Notes: generated from the sequence alone by a model not told the origin. A DNA stretch of 46,274 bases from Candidatus Saccharimonadota bacterium (GCA_016234585.1 JACRBB010000031.1:1-46274), one strand, 5' to 3'; counted from the stretch's first letter, positions 19,290-27,793 are shown. Numbers and translations are program-made.

Positions 19290-20454
19290 CTACGATTGTA
19301 ATTAGAGCAAAAAGCGTCAGCAGCACCGCCATGCCAGTACCGTGAATGCGTTCTTCGGCGGCGGCGCTTAACGGATGCTTGAAAAGACGAGAAAGCCACA
19401 TTACAAACAGGCGTCCACCGTCCAAGGCCGGGATTGGCAACACGTTCATCAACGCTAGGGTTAAAGAGATTATGGCAATCACCATCAGCACAAAACTAAG
19501 CCCTAAGCTACCGCCGTCCCACAGCACAGCCACAATAGCTACCGGCCCACCAACCTGAGAAGTCGCCTGTTCCTGCCCATTAGAGCGGGCCGTGTGATTG
19601 CCGGTCAGACCGCCGGCAATCAGTGAACCCAACCCGGACAAGGCGTGCCCCAGCCCCTGGAATGTCAAAACCACCAATTGTTTTGTCAGTCCTACGGCCA
19701 CAATCGGCGCGCTCCAAGTTGAACGCTGCAATGTCAAGTTAGTGGGTACTACGCCTAAGTAGCCTTTCGGGTTATTCGTTTTACTGCTGGCCTCAACTTC
19801 GGCTTTGCTAAGCAACGCGACGTTTTTTTGGACCACCTGCCCTTTATGTTTATAAGTAACCGTTACAGTTTGGCCACCAAAATATGTTGTGGCGTCATGC
19901 AGTTGCTCGGTAGTGCTAACTGCCCTGGTTTGGCTGGAGTTACTAATTTTTTGGATAACGTCCAGCGAATTTAAGCCGATTTTTGAGGCTGGTGAACCTG
20001 GGTCAACGTAACCGGCGCGGACTTCTTGTCGAACAATCTTTGTGTCGCTTTTGACGGTAAACTGGTCCTGGCCAACGGCATCAGTCGTCAAAATCTTTGG
20101 GATGCCAACTGCCGCCAAAATAGTTAGCAGCACCAGGCCGGCAATTAGGTTCATGGTCACTCCGGCCAGCATAATCTTGCTTTTTGCCCAGGTGCTGGCG
20201 GCGCCAAAACTGCCTTTACTGGTATCGCTGTCGTGTTCGCCCTTTAGTTTCACAAAACCGCCCAAAGGCAGCCAGTTCAGGCTCAAAATCATGCCGTCTT
20301 TGCGTTTTTTACCCCAAGCTCTTGGCGGGAAGCCCAGGCCAAATTCTTCAACCTTCACGCCGTTGCGGCGAGCCACGATGTAGTGGCCCCACTCATGAAC
20401 CAGCACAAGGCCCACAAATAAAATAAATCCCAGTACAGAAATAGCAATTTGCAT
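19270..20454 (-). CDS. rseP: RIP site-2 metalloprotease RseP (M50 family)
   Basis: HEWGHY (HExxH) in TM1, a central PDZ-like region, and NVLPIPALDGG near the C-terminus. Confidence 0.92.
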   Translation of the reverse strand: MQIAISVLGFILFVGLVLVHEWGHYIVARRNGVKVEEFGLGFPPRAWGKKRKDGMILSLNWLPLGGFVKLKGEHDSDTSKGSFGAASTWAKSKIMLAGVTMNLIAGLVLLTILAAVGIPKILTTDAVGQDQFTVKSDTKIVRQEVRAGYVDPGSPASKIGLNSLDVIQKISNSSQTRAVSTTEQLHDATTYFGGQTVTVTYKHKGQVVQKNVALLSKAEVEASSKTNNPKGYLGVVPTNLTLQRSTWSAPIVAVGLTKQLVVLTFQGLGHALSGLGSLIAGGLTGNHTARSNGQEQATSQVGGPVAIVAVLWDGGSLGLSFVLMVIAIISLTLALMNVLPIPALDGGRLFVMWLSRLFKHPLSAAAEERIHGTGMAVLLTLFALITIVDVRRFF

Positions 20455-20534
20455 ACAAAAACCATTATAGCCTAAAGCCCGTGGGAGTTCATTTTTAAAG
20501 CAACAGGATTTTTATACAACTTAACCATAAGCAA

Positions 20535-20563
20535 TTGCAATAATTACAAATTTAATTTATAGT
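20535..20563 (+). promoter_or_regulatory. Putative sigma70-type promoter upstream of the GC-rich cslA-glxA-like operon
   Basis: TTGCAA (20535-20540), a 17-nt spacer, then TATAGT (20558-20563), in AT-rich backbone-like sequence. A 7-bp inverted repeat follows: TACACCT (20576-20582) and AGGTGTA (20600-20606). Confidence 0.4.
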
Positions 20564-20643
20564 AATCATTTGTGTTACACCTGAGAAGATGAGTTTTATA
20601 GGTGTAGCGTGCTCGTTCAAAATTCGAGTTCCAAAAGGGAGGT

Positions 20644-22407
20644 GTGGGCTTGTCCCGCAAACCGCCAAACCGCAACTATGCCACACTGATCGGCCCCCTG
20701 ACCAAGCCACCCAGTAGGGATATGCCCTACCGGGTGCAGTACAAGAAGATGCCCACCAGTGGTGGCTTCGGCGACACCCTGATTACCCGAATCCTGGGAA
20801 TCGGCGTGCCACTGACGATGGCCTACGTCATCTACCTGCTTTTCCGGCCGGAAAACTGGCCTGTGGGTACGATGGGCAAGGTCATCACCGGCTTCGGGCT
20901 GGCCATCGCCCTGATGACGACCCTGGAGGTCTTCGCAGTTGGCCGGGCATCGCGTCTGGCCAAGTGTCCCATTCCGGTCGAACCGCAGAAGGGACATCGC
21001 GTCTGTTTCTTTACCTGCTTCGTGCCCTCCTCAGAGGACATTCACAGGCTGGAAGAGACGCTGCTGGGCATGCTCGCCCAGACGTACCATCAGATCGGAG
21101 TGGTACACATCTACGTCCTGGACGAAGGCGATTCGGATGAAGTCAAGGCACTCTGCCACAAGTTGGGTGTCGGGCACTTCAGCCGCAAGAATCGCTCCTT
21201 CCACGCCATGAGCGCGTTCAAGAACAAGTTCATGCTCCGGACCAAGTATGGCAACATCAACAGCTTCATCGCTTGGCTGAACAACGAGGACCTGCACTTC
21301 GACTTCTTCGCCGGAGTCGACTGCGACCACATCCCCAAGCCGGTATTCATCGAGAGGATGATCGGCTGGTTCCGTGATGGGAACGTGGGAGCAGTCGTGG
21401 GACCACAGACGTACGAGAACGCGTCCCCGAGCAACGCCCTTTACAGCCTGGTGGCGCGATTCGCAGAGTCGTGCCAGTTCATCTTCCACAGCGTGCTGCA
21501 GCCGGCCGGCAATCGTGCCGGATCGCCGCTGTTCGTGGGAACGAACTTCATGATCCGGGCCAGTGCCCTGAAGCAAATCGATGGCATCCAGCCGTCGGTT
21601 ACCGAAGACGCACTGACCAGTCTGGCTCTCAGCACGGCCGGCTGGAAGATCGTCTGCACTCTGGACGAACTCGCGGTGGGGCTTGGGCCTGCCACCTGGC
21701 GTGACATGTTCAAGCAGCAGCACCGCTGGAGCCTGGGCACGAATCAGATCGTGTTCCATCAGCCACGCCTGTTCCTTGGGCTTGGTTGGCGGCGCTTCTG
21801 GCACTACACGCTGATGATGAGCTACTACCCCACGGTGGCAGCCATCTTCATCCTGGGAGTGTCCAGCTGTGTCCTGTACAGCACCACCGGTACGGCCGGT
21901 CTGCGTGTGCCAATCCTCACGTGGGGAGCGCTGTACTTCGACATCCTGCTGGCCCAGATCTTCCTGTTCACCTGGAACAGGCGGCACAACGTCAGCTCCA
22001 TGGAGCCTCCGAACTCCTCGGGCTTCAGCGGACTGTTGATGGCCAGCATGTGTGCGCCCATCTACCTCGTGGCCTTCTTCCAGGCCTGGAAAGATCCGAA
22101 CAAGAACTCCAACTTCAACATCACGCCCAAGGGCAAGAAGGTCGTCAAGGACAACCTGTTGGTGTTCACAAACCACTTGATCTGGTCGGCTGTGCTGGCC
22201 GGATCGATCGCTACGGCATTCGTTTCGGGCCACACCAGCCCGTTCATGCTGATCTGGCAGTTCGTGACTCTCGGCGTCTGCGTCGGGCCGTTGGTCATCT
22301 GGCAAATCGACGCCAGAAGGAAGCATCCCAACCCATCCGGCAACCTCGAGGCACAGACCTACACCGTTCCCGACGGTGTAGGCGAAAGGGCCTCGCAGAG
22401 CATTTAG
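20644..22407 (+). CDS. cslA: Processive GT2 beta-glycan synthase, cellulose-synthase-like (CslA-like), no PilZ domain
   Basis: GT2 processive motifs are in order: VLDEGDSDE, GVDCDH (DxD), TEDALTS (TED), QQHRWSLG (QxxRW). N- and C-terminal TM bundles are present. The SD AAGGGAGG ends 1 nt before the GTG at 20644, so the in-frame TTG at 20650 is the more likely start. The segment is GC-rich. Confidence 0.85.
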   Translation: MGLSRKPPNRNYATLIGPLTKPPSRDMPYRVQYKKMPTSGGFGDTLITRILGIGVPLTMAYVIYLLFRPENWPVGTMGKVITGFGLAIALMTTLEVFAVGRASRLAKCPIPVEPQKGHRVCFFTCFVPSSEDIHRLEETLLGMLAQTYHQIGVVHIYVLDEGDSDEVKALCHKLGVGHFSRKNRSFHAMSAFKNKFMLRTKYGNINSFIAWLNNEDLHFDFFAGVDCDHIPKPVFIERMIGWFRDGNVGAVVGPQTYENASPSNALYSLVARFAESCQFIFHSVLQPAGNRAGSPLFVGTNFMIRASALKQIDGIQPSVTEDALTSLALSTAGWKIVCTLDELAVGLGPATWRDMFKQQHRWSLGTNQIVFHQPRLFLGLGWRRFWHYTLMMSYYPTVAAIFILGVSSCVLYSTTGTAGLRVPILTWGALYFDILLAQIFLFTWNRRHNVSSMEPPNSSGFSGLLMASMCAPIYLVAFFQAWKDPNKNSNFNITPKGKKVVKDNLLVFTNHLIWSAVLAGSIATAFVSGHTSPFMLIWQFVTLGVCVGPLVIWQIDARRKHPNPSGNLEAQTYTVPDGVGERASQSI

Positions 22408-22413
22408 AAGGAG

Positions 22414-24432
22414 GTGAAAACCTTGAGTGATGTAGTTTTGAGTGACGAGAGATCAGATCGCTCAACCAGGAGCGGGTCGTTCTGGCGGTGGTTCCTGATC
22501 ATGATCGCCATGATTTCGGCGGTCATGATGGCGGGCTACATAACCATCTGGGCTAACCTCGGTCGCGAACCTATCGCAGCCGCCCAGCACGGATGGCATG
22601 AGCACGTCATCAACAGCCACAGCTACACGGTCAAAAACGGCCAGTGGAACACCCCGGATCAGCCGGCTAGCCAAAAGCTAGACGACATCCATACCGCCCT
22701 GCTGAAGACCGGAAAGGTCTTCATGCTAGCGGGAAGCGGCAACAACATCAACCACTCCCACCACGAGGTCTACCAGGCCGGCATCTATGACCCGGAAACG
22801 GGTCAGACCAAGGTCCTGCGCATTCCGAACGATATGTTCTGCGCCGGCATCACCACGCTCAGCGACGGACAGTTGCTGATCGCTGGCGGCACTTCGCACT
22901 ACGAGGTGCTAAAGACCGAGGTCCAGTACGCCGGTGGCGTCATGACCATCAAGAACGAGTCGCCCGACAGCGGCACGTTCGTTCTGCCCAAGGGAACCGA
23001 GCTACGTTCACCCGGTGGCAGGTTGTACCGAACCCGGGACAGCCTTCGGGTTGACCCAGCCACCAAACAAGTGGGTCCCCGGGGAGCAGTTACGATTACG
23101 GCTTCCTCGCAGGACACGTGGGTGGATGCGGAGGCGAAAGGCGCGTCCTCGGTTTCGACCGACACGCACATCACCTACACCGTCGTTAGCGGGCTTCCCC
23201 CGGAAATTCAGTCCAACAACGTCTACGGCGTGTCTTCTTCTACCGGCCTGACGCTCGACAAGCAGGAGTTCGCGGGAGCGAGCTTCAGCTACCTGTTCGA
23301 CCCCTCGGTCGAGCAATTCACCAAGGTCGACAACCTGAAGTTCGCCCGGTGGTATCCAACCACCATCACCCTGCCCAGCGGTCGGGTTCTGGCGATTTCG
23401 GGACTGGACCAGTTTGGCCGGATCCTGCAGGGCTTCAACGAGGTATACGACCAGGTGACGCAGAAGTGGACGCTTCTGCCTCACACCAAGCTCTTCCCCA
23501 CCTACCCGGCAATGTTCGTTACCGAAAGGCCCAATACCCTGCTCTACACCGGCGGCAGCGCCGGTTACGGCAGCGACAAGATCGGCCGATCACCGGGACT
23601 CTGGAATTGGCAGACCAACGCCTTCCAAGCAATTCCCGGTTTGCGTGACAGCAACATGACGGAGACCAGTGATTCGCTTCTGCTGCCTCCGGCTAACGCC
23701 CAGCGCTACATGATCGCCGGTGGTGGTGGGGTGGGTAACTCCGAGAAGTCCACAAGCAGGACCGACATCGTCGACCTGAAGGATTCTCACCCACGCTTCA
23801 CTCCGGGTCCCGATCTGCTGACGAAGCTGCGGTACATGATTGGCACAATCCTACCGGACAACACCGTGCTCTTCAGCGGTGGCACCGCCGGTTATCGTGC
23901 CAACGGCAACAGTTACACGCACATGGCCGCCATCTACGACCCGGCCACGAACATAATGCGGCGGGTAGCTGACTCGCGCATCGGCCGCACATACCACAGC
24001 TCGGCAGTTCTGCTGCCGGACGGCTCAGTCTTCACAGCCGGCGGCGACCCGTTGTACAGCGACGCTGCCGGTAAAATCCCCGGCAGTTTCGAGCAGCGGA
24101 TCGAGATCTACAAGCCGCCCTACATGTTCCAGGGAGAAAGGCCGGTCATCATCGACGGTCCCAGCGAACTGGTGCGTGGGCAGTCTGCGGAGCTGTCGGT
24201 CTCAGCAGACCAAAAGATCACGGGTGCGCGCCTGCTTCGGCTGGGCGTCTCCACCCACACCACGGATAACGCCCAGCGTTCTGTCGAGCTGAAAATTCAG
24301 CATGACGGGACAGGAAAGCTCGGCGTCACCCTGCCCAAGAGCGGCAGATTGCTCATGGGCGGTTGGTACATGTTGTTCGTGTCCAACCAGGACGGTGTGC
24401 CTTCAGTGGCACGCATGGTCCACGTTGCGTAG
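22414..24432 (+). CDS. glxA: Membrane-anchored radical copper oxidase, galactose/glyoxal-oxidase-like (GlxA-like), kelch propeller plus DUF1929-like C-terminal domain
   Basis: N-terminal TM anchor (FWRWFLIMIAMISAVMMAGYITIW). All galactose-oxidase cofactor and ligand positions are recognisable: Cys in MFCAGITTLSDGQ, Tyr in ARWYPTTITLPSGR, Tyr-His in RTYHSSAVLLPDGSVF, His in STHTTDNAQR. The SD GAAGGAGG overlaps the GTG at 22414, so the in-frame TTG at 22423 is the likely start. Confidence 0.85.
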   Translation: MKTLSDVVLSDERSDRSTRSGSFWRWFLIMIAMISAVMMAGYITIWANLGREPIAAAQHGWHEHVINSHSYTVKNGQWNTPDQPASQKLDDIHTALLKTGKVFMLAGSGNNINHSHHEVYQAGIYDPETGQTKVLRIPNDMFCAGITTLSDGQLLIAGGTSHYEVLKTEVQYAGGVMTIKNESPDSGTFVLPKGTELRSPGGRLYRTRDSLRVDPATKQVGPRGAVTITASSQDTWVDAEAKGASSVSTDTHITYTVVSGLPPEIQSNNVYGVSSSTGLTLDKQEFAGASFSYLFDPSVEQFTKVDNLKFARWYPTTITLPSGRVLAISGLDQFGRILQGFNEVYDQVTQKWTLLPHTKLFPTYPAMFVTERPNTLLYTGGSAGYGSDKIGRSPGLWNWQTNAFQAIPGLRDSNMTETSDSLLLPPANAQRYMIAGGGGVGNSEKSTSRTDIVDLKDSHPRFTPGPDLLTKLRYMIGTILPDNTVLFSGGTAGYRANGNSYTHMAAIYDPATNIMRRVADSRIGRTYHSSAVLLPDGSVFTAGGDPLYSDAAGKIPGSFEQRIEIYKPPYMFQGERPVIIDGPSELVRGQSAELSVSADQKITGARLLRLGVSTHTTDNAQRSVELKIQHDGTGKLGVTLPKSGRLLMGGWYMLFVSNQDGVPSVARMVHVA

Positions 24433-24457
24433 CGTCCGATAAGGACATGCGCGGCAA

Positions 24458-24492
24458 GCACCCCCAAGCCATGATGGCGAGGGGGTGTTTTA
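24458..24492 (+). terminator. Rho-independent terminator after the glxA-like gene
   Basis: CACCCCC (24459-24465) pairs with GGGGGTG (24481-24487). There is an inner GCCA/TGGC stem. TTTT follows at 24488-24491. Confidence 0.6.
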
Positions 24493-24532
24493 AATTTATC
24501 AAAGGTAATTTTGGACTCATTATAAAAGCACC

Positions 24533-24583
24533 CCCGGTGCGAACGGCCATCCATGGCCACTCGCACTCGGGGGTTATCCGGTC
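24533..24583 (-). terminator. Rho-independent terminator after the GH6 gene (potentially bidirectional)
   Basis: 12-bp stem with one bulge: CCCCCGGTGCGA (24541-24552) pairs with TCGCACTCGGGGG (24571-24583). There is an inner GGCCAT/ATGGCC stem. On the minus strand it is followed by TGCTTTTAT. Confidence 0.55.
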
Positions 24584-24592
24584 CCATATGCT

Positions 24593-25573
24593 TTAGGATC
24601 CGGTTAGCTGGCTAGCCAGCTTCGGCGACCAGACACCTGCCGGCTGGCTGATGCCGTGGCAAACACCATCACTATCCCCGGGCTGTTTCACCCAGAGATA
24701 GGCGTCAACCAATGGTTGGTTGGTGCGGGTAGTCGGGCTGTCGCCCAACTTCTGCCCCGGCTGATTGCACCAGGGCTTACCGTCGTTGACCGGTGTTGGC
24801 CCAGCACCGTTCCGACTGGTGTCGATCACGAAGTGCTTGCCACCAAGCCGCTTGCTCACGGCCGTACCGTAGCGAATGCTGCGTGACGTGGTCTCGTAGT
24901 TCGCCACATTCAAGGCGAACCCGTCGGCCTCTGCCACACCGGCCTGCTTAAGTGCGTTCGCCAGCTGGGACGGATCGTCGATCCATCCAGCGTTACCCGC
25001 GTCGATGTAGACGTAGGCGTTGGACGCTCTCTTGAGCTTGCCGACCGCATAGGCCAGTAAGCTAAGATGCGCGTTGGCGTCCGTGCTGTGGCAGGCCTGA
25101 ATGGTCTGTGCCAGAGCATCCGGCTCCAGGATGATCACAACCGGGTCGTTGTTACTCATACCGACCGCGAATCGACGGATCCATGCGCGGTAGGCCGCCG
25201 GACTGGCTGCCCCTCCGGCCGATGACCCGCCGCAATCCCGGTCCGGGATATTGTAGGCCACCAGCACAGGCAGCTTGCCAAATGCCGCGACCGACTGAAC
25301 GTACTCGGCGATATCAGCCTCGAGGTACGGGTCCTTTCCGAACCACAGAGCTGACGGCTGACTGCCGATCACCTCGCGCTCCTTTGGCGTGCCGTGTGTC
25401 TGCCCATGATTTTGCGGGTCGACATACAGCTCGTAGCTGTTCAGTGGATTCGACGCGCCACTGGCACTCCTAGCGGTGGACGAACCGGAACCACCACAAC
25501 CAACAACGATCAGCGCGGTGGCGGCCATCGCCGCCACCATGGCAGCGATTGTTAGCCGTCGTACATAACTCAT
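24593..25573 (-). CDS. cslZ: Glycoside hydrolase family 6 beta-1,4-glucanase, lipoprotein (CslZ-like)
   Basis: Lipobox LIVVGC after a hydrophobic signal. GH6 blocks are present: YNIPDRDCGG, IILEPDALA, YIDAGNAGW, FALNVANY, VIDTSRNG, WCN and LWVKQPGDSDG. The segment is GC-rich. Confidence 0.88.
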   Translation of the reverse strand: MSYVRRLTIAAMVAAMAATALIVVGCGGSGSSTARSASGASNPLNSYELYVDPQNHGQTHGTPKEREVIGSQPSALWFGKDPYLEADIAEYVQSVAAFGKLPVLVAYNIPDRDCGGSSAGGAASPAAYRAWIRRFAVGMSNNDPVVIILEPDALAQTIQACHSTDANAHLSLLAYAVGKLKRASNAYVYIDAGNAGWIDDPSQLANALKQAGVAEADGFALNVANYETTSRSIRYGTAVSKRLGGKHFVIDTSRNGAGPTPVNDGKPWCNQPGQKLGDSPTTRTNQPLVDAYLWVKQPGDSDGVCHGISQPAGVWSPKLASQLTGS

Positions 25574-25634
25574 CAGACCTCACTTCGGTAGATGACGTGG
25601 GAGACTCGTTACATGCTAATTATATAATAATTAC

Positions 25635-25663
25635 ACTATATACACAATAGAGCTGAAGGTAAA
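25635..25663 (-). promoter_or_regulatory. Putative promoter for the GH6 gene
   Basis: The minus strand reads TTTACC, a 17-nt spacer, then TATAGT, in the AT-rich 95-nt gap between the frr stop and the GH6 start. Read-through from frr is equally possible. Confidence 0.3.
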
Positions 25664-25668
25664 TAACT

Positions 25669-26232
25669 TTAGACTGTAGTAATTTCTTGTTCTTTAGTTC
25701 TAACAAGATTGTCGACTTCATTTTTCTGGCCAGCCAGTAGTTCTTCAATTTGTTTTTTAAAACGTTCTAGGTCATCTTTACCAATCGACTTGTCTTTTTC
25801 GGCGGCTTCGGCGCGCCGCAGCATCTCATGGCGGATCTGGCGGGCGCTTATCATGCATTCTTCGGCTTTTTGGTTCAAGATTTTAACCATTGCCGCGCGA
25901 GACTCTGTGGTTAGCGGCGGAATTTGGATGCGCACTACCCGCCCATCGTCGGCCGGATTCAGTCCCAGAGCCTCGTTACCACGAATAGCATCACTGATAG
26001 CCTTCAGGTTACTGGGATCGAATGGAGTAATTTGTAATAAAGTGGCTTCCGGCGCGGTTATGGTGGCTGTTCCCTTAAGGGGCATTTCCTGCCCATAAAC
26101 CTCTACCTTAACATTGTCCAGCATACCCGGGTGGGCCCGGCCAGTACGGATTTTTTTAAGCTCTTCCTTAAAATGCTCCAATACGGCTTGCAATTTTGTT
26201 TTAGCTTGGTTTATTTCTTGATTCACATCCAT
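25669..26232 (-). CDS. frr: Ribosome recycling factor
   Basis: 187 aa with IRTGRAHPGMLDNVKVEVYG…LGLNPADDGRVVRIQIPPLTTESR. Backbone-like composition. Confidence 0.95.
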   Translation of the reverse strand: MDVNQEINQAKTKLQAVLEHFKEELKKIRTGRAHPGMLDNVKVEVYGQEMPLKGTATITAPEATLLQITPFDPSNLKAISDAIRGNEALGLNPADDGRVVRIQIPPLTTESRAAMVKILNQKAEECMISARQIRHEMLRRAEAAEKDKSIGKDDLERFKKQIEELLAGQKNEVDNLVRTKEQEITTV

Positions 26233-26271
26233 GAGCTATAAGTTCTTTTTAACTGATTATATTGTACCTCA

Positions 26272-26300
26272 TTGTTAATGATCAGTTTTTATTGTATAAT
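26272..26300 (+). promoter_or_regulatory. Putative sigma70-type promoter (extended -10) for the two small membrane protein genes
   Basis: TTGTTA (26272-26277), a 17-nt spacer, then TGTTATAAT-type -10 (TATAAT at 26295-26300). Confidence 0.4.
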
Positions 26301-26328
26301 TAATTTATTCGATGTCCTTCTAAAAGGG

Positions 26329-26499
26329 ATGGTCGTGTACATTTTATTTCTACTTTTTGGGATGAACACTGCTGCGGTAGGCGCAGCGCTTTACTTGCAG
26401 CTGGTCAGGAAAAACCCTGCACGCCCACTCCTTATTGCCCTGGCAATAGGTATGTGTGCTTTGGGGGGCATATTGATCGGAATTTCCATATTCTCGTGA
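26329..26499 (+). CDS. Small hydrophobic protein (56 aa, 2 predicted TM)
   Basis: The tracked ORF 26272-26499 would begin inside the promoter. The in-frame ATG at 26329, preceded by AAAGGGA, gives MVVYILFLLFGMNTAAVGAALYLQLVRKNPARPLLIALAIGMCALGGILIGISIFS. Confidence 0.45.
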   Translation: MVVYILFLLFGMNTAAVGAALYLQLVRKNPARPLLIALAIGMCALGGILIGISIFS

Positions 26500-26519
26500 G
26501 TTAAAGGAGTGCAAGCAGA

Positions 26520-26780
26520 GTGCTTGAAATACTGATCTCTCTATTGGCATACGTTATTGCATTCGTTATAGCCCATAAGGCTCACAAGCATCTACAAGAT
26601 GAGCCAATACTCCTCAAGATGTGGGCTGTAGCCCTATTCACGCTGGTAGTTGGTGTATTTATAGGAGTAGTTATTCCTATATTTGCCTACGCTGTCTCGG
26701 TCTTGCCGCTACCATCACCAGCAATGGCCATCGTGATAGCGAGTCTGCTTCCCAACCACAGGCAAATTCCACCTCGTTAG
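26520..26780 (+). CDS. Small hydrophobic protein (86 aa, ~3 predicted TM)
   Basis: GTG start preceded by AAAGGAG about 10 nt upstream. Strongly hydrophobic sequence. No recognised family. Confidence 0.5.
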   Translation: MLEILISLLAYVIAFVIAHKAHKHLQDEPILLKMWAVALFTLVVGVFIGVVIPIFAYAVSVLPLPSPAMAIVIASLLPNHRQIPPR

Positions 26781-26880
26781 GATACTAGGTTGTTATGGTA
26801 TTGATAACCATGGCAAACCCTAGCGAGGTAGTAAAAGTAATAAGTATTCGAACCTGCGGGTTGAGCCCAACTCCCCGTCT

Positions 26881-26906
26881 GCACCAGATAGAAGCTGGTG
26901 CTTTTC
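26881..26906 (+). terminator. Rho-independent terminator after the small membrane protein pair
   Basis: GCACCAG (26881-26887), a 7-nt loop, CTGGTGC (26895-26901), then TTTTC. Confidence 0.5.
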
Positions 26907-27014
26907 AATTATTTGTTCAACCAATACATCGTCATTTTAAGTCAAAAATATGTTATAATATGTACTGATCTACACCCGTAGATACCTTAAAAATCTGCAA
27001 CGAAATGGGATGAT

Positions 27015-27623
27015 ATGCCCAGGTGGGCTAAATTGGTCTTAGGGGCGGCGCTTACGTGCACGTGCTTTTTCTTGCCTTTGACACTGGTGTTGGGATCGGC
27101 AGAGAACCTGCCGCCGCCTATCCCTCACCATCCCGGCGGACATTGCACCGAGGGGGCAACGACCCCCTACCTGGTCCACATCAAGACTCCAAGCAGTGCT
27201 AGTGTGGACATCTCCAACGGCCACTTTGAGGGGAAGTGCAATCCGGCCATCGTCCTGTACCAGGTGCACTTCATGCTGGAATACGTGCCAAAGGTCCCGG
27301 ACACCGCCGGTGGCTGGGTGACGCTGAAGTACGCGATCTGTGAAAGCGCCTACTTGGACCCACCCAAGGTCACAGGCGGACTTGCCTGCCACGACCTCAG
27401 CCCCAACTTCGACGCCCCTATCCACATGAAGATCACACTGACTGCGAAGTGTGTCAAACGGCACAAGAAGTCCGCAGTAGATCTGAGGTTGTGGCGAACT
27501 CGATACTGGACAACGGCATATAACGCCCATGGCGGCGAAGCCAACTCCAGGGTCATCGACCATGATGAGATCCTCCCGTGCGTCCCCAAAAATGTACCGG
27601 GAGTCGACCCAAGCCGCCGCTAG
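27015..27623 (+). CDS. Hypothetical secreted Cys-rich protein (GC-rich gene)
   Basis: Signal-like N-terminus MPRWAKLVLGAALTCTCFFLPLTLVLGSA and 6 Cys in the mature part. No recognised domain. The antisense shadow ORF 27039-27563 is typical of GC3-rich coding DNA. Confidence 0.6.
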   Translation: MPRWAKLVLGAALTCTCFFLPLTLVLGSAENLPPPIPHHPGGHCTEGATTPYLVHIKTPSSASVDISNGHFEGKCNPAIVLYQVHFMLEYVPKVPDTAGGWVTLKYAICESAYLDPPKVTGGLACHDLSPNFDAPIHMKITLTAKCVKRHKKSAVDLRLWRTRYWTTAYNAHGGEANSRVIDHDEILPCVPKNVPGVDPSRR

Positions 27624-27724
27624 AGGTTTAATCGTGCCGACACTGTTTCCGTGATTTCACAATCGCGGGCGGTGTCGGTACGAGTTCTTTTGTTGCAGTA
27701 AGGTGAGCTATAAAGCTCCTCCTG

Positions 27725-27755
27725 CGCCAATCTGCACGGATTGGCGTATTTTTTA
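27725..27755 (+). terminator. Rho-independent terminator after the 202-aa gene
   Basis: CGCCAATC (27725-27732), a 6-nt loop, GATTGGCG (27739-27746), then TATTTTTTAT. Confidence 0.65.
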
Positions 27756-27793
27756 TGATTATAAAGTGTGATTTAAATGATTATAAGTTTAAG

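Noticed and set aside
21031-22326. A 431-aa ORF antisense to the cslA-like gene. Similar long ORFs lie at 28154-29131 (+), 27039-27563 (-), 23008-23484 (-) and 21786-22430 (+).
   Set aside because: Their translations are Arg/Pro/Gly/His-rich and low-complexity, with no motifs. They occur only within the GC-rich segments. They are the stop-free shadow frames expected opposite GC3-rich genes, while the sense-strand proteins carry clear family motifs.
20539-25635. A 10-bp direct repeat AATAATTACA at both edges of the cslA-glxA-cslZ block (20539-20548 and 25626-25635), which could be an att or target-site duplication.
   Set aside because: Both copies lie in very AT-rich DNA, where a 10-mer match between two ~100-200 nt regions is roughly as likely as not by chance. 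No integrase or transposase is present to support it.
26836-26906. tRNA-like fragment. GGTTCGAAT (T-loop-like) appears on the minus strand, next to a 7-bp stem with loop CTTCTAT that resembles an anticodon arm (UCU). On the plus strand the sequence ends …GCACCA.
   Set aside because: The T-loop-like sequence has no closing stem. No D-arm or acceptor stem can be built on either strand. The stem-loop is better explained as the intrinsic terminator (followed by TTTTC) of the upstream small-protein genes. A decayed tRNA remnant cannot be excluded without a covariance-model scan.
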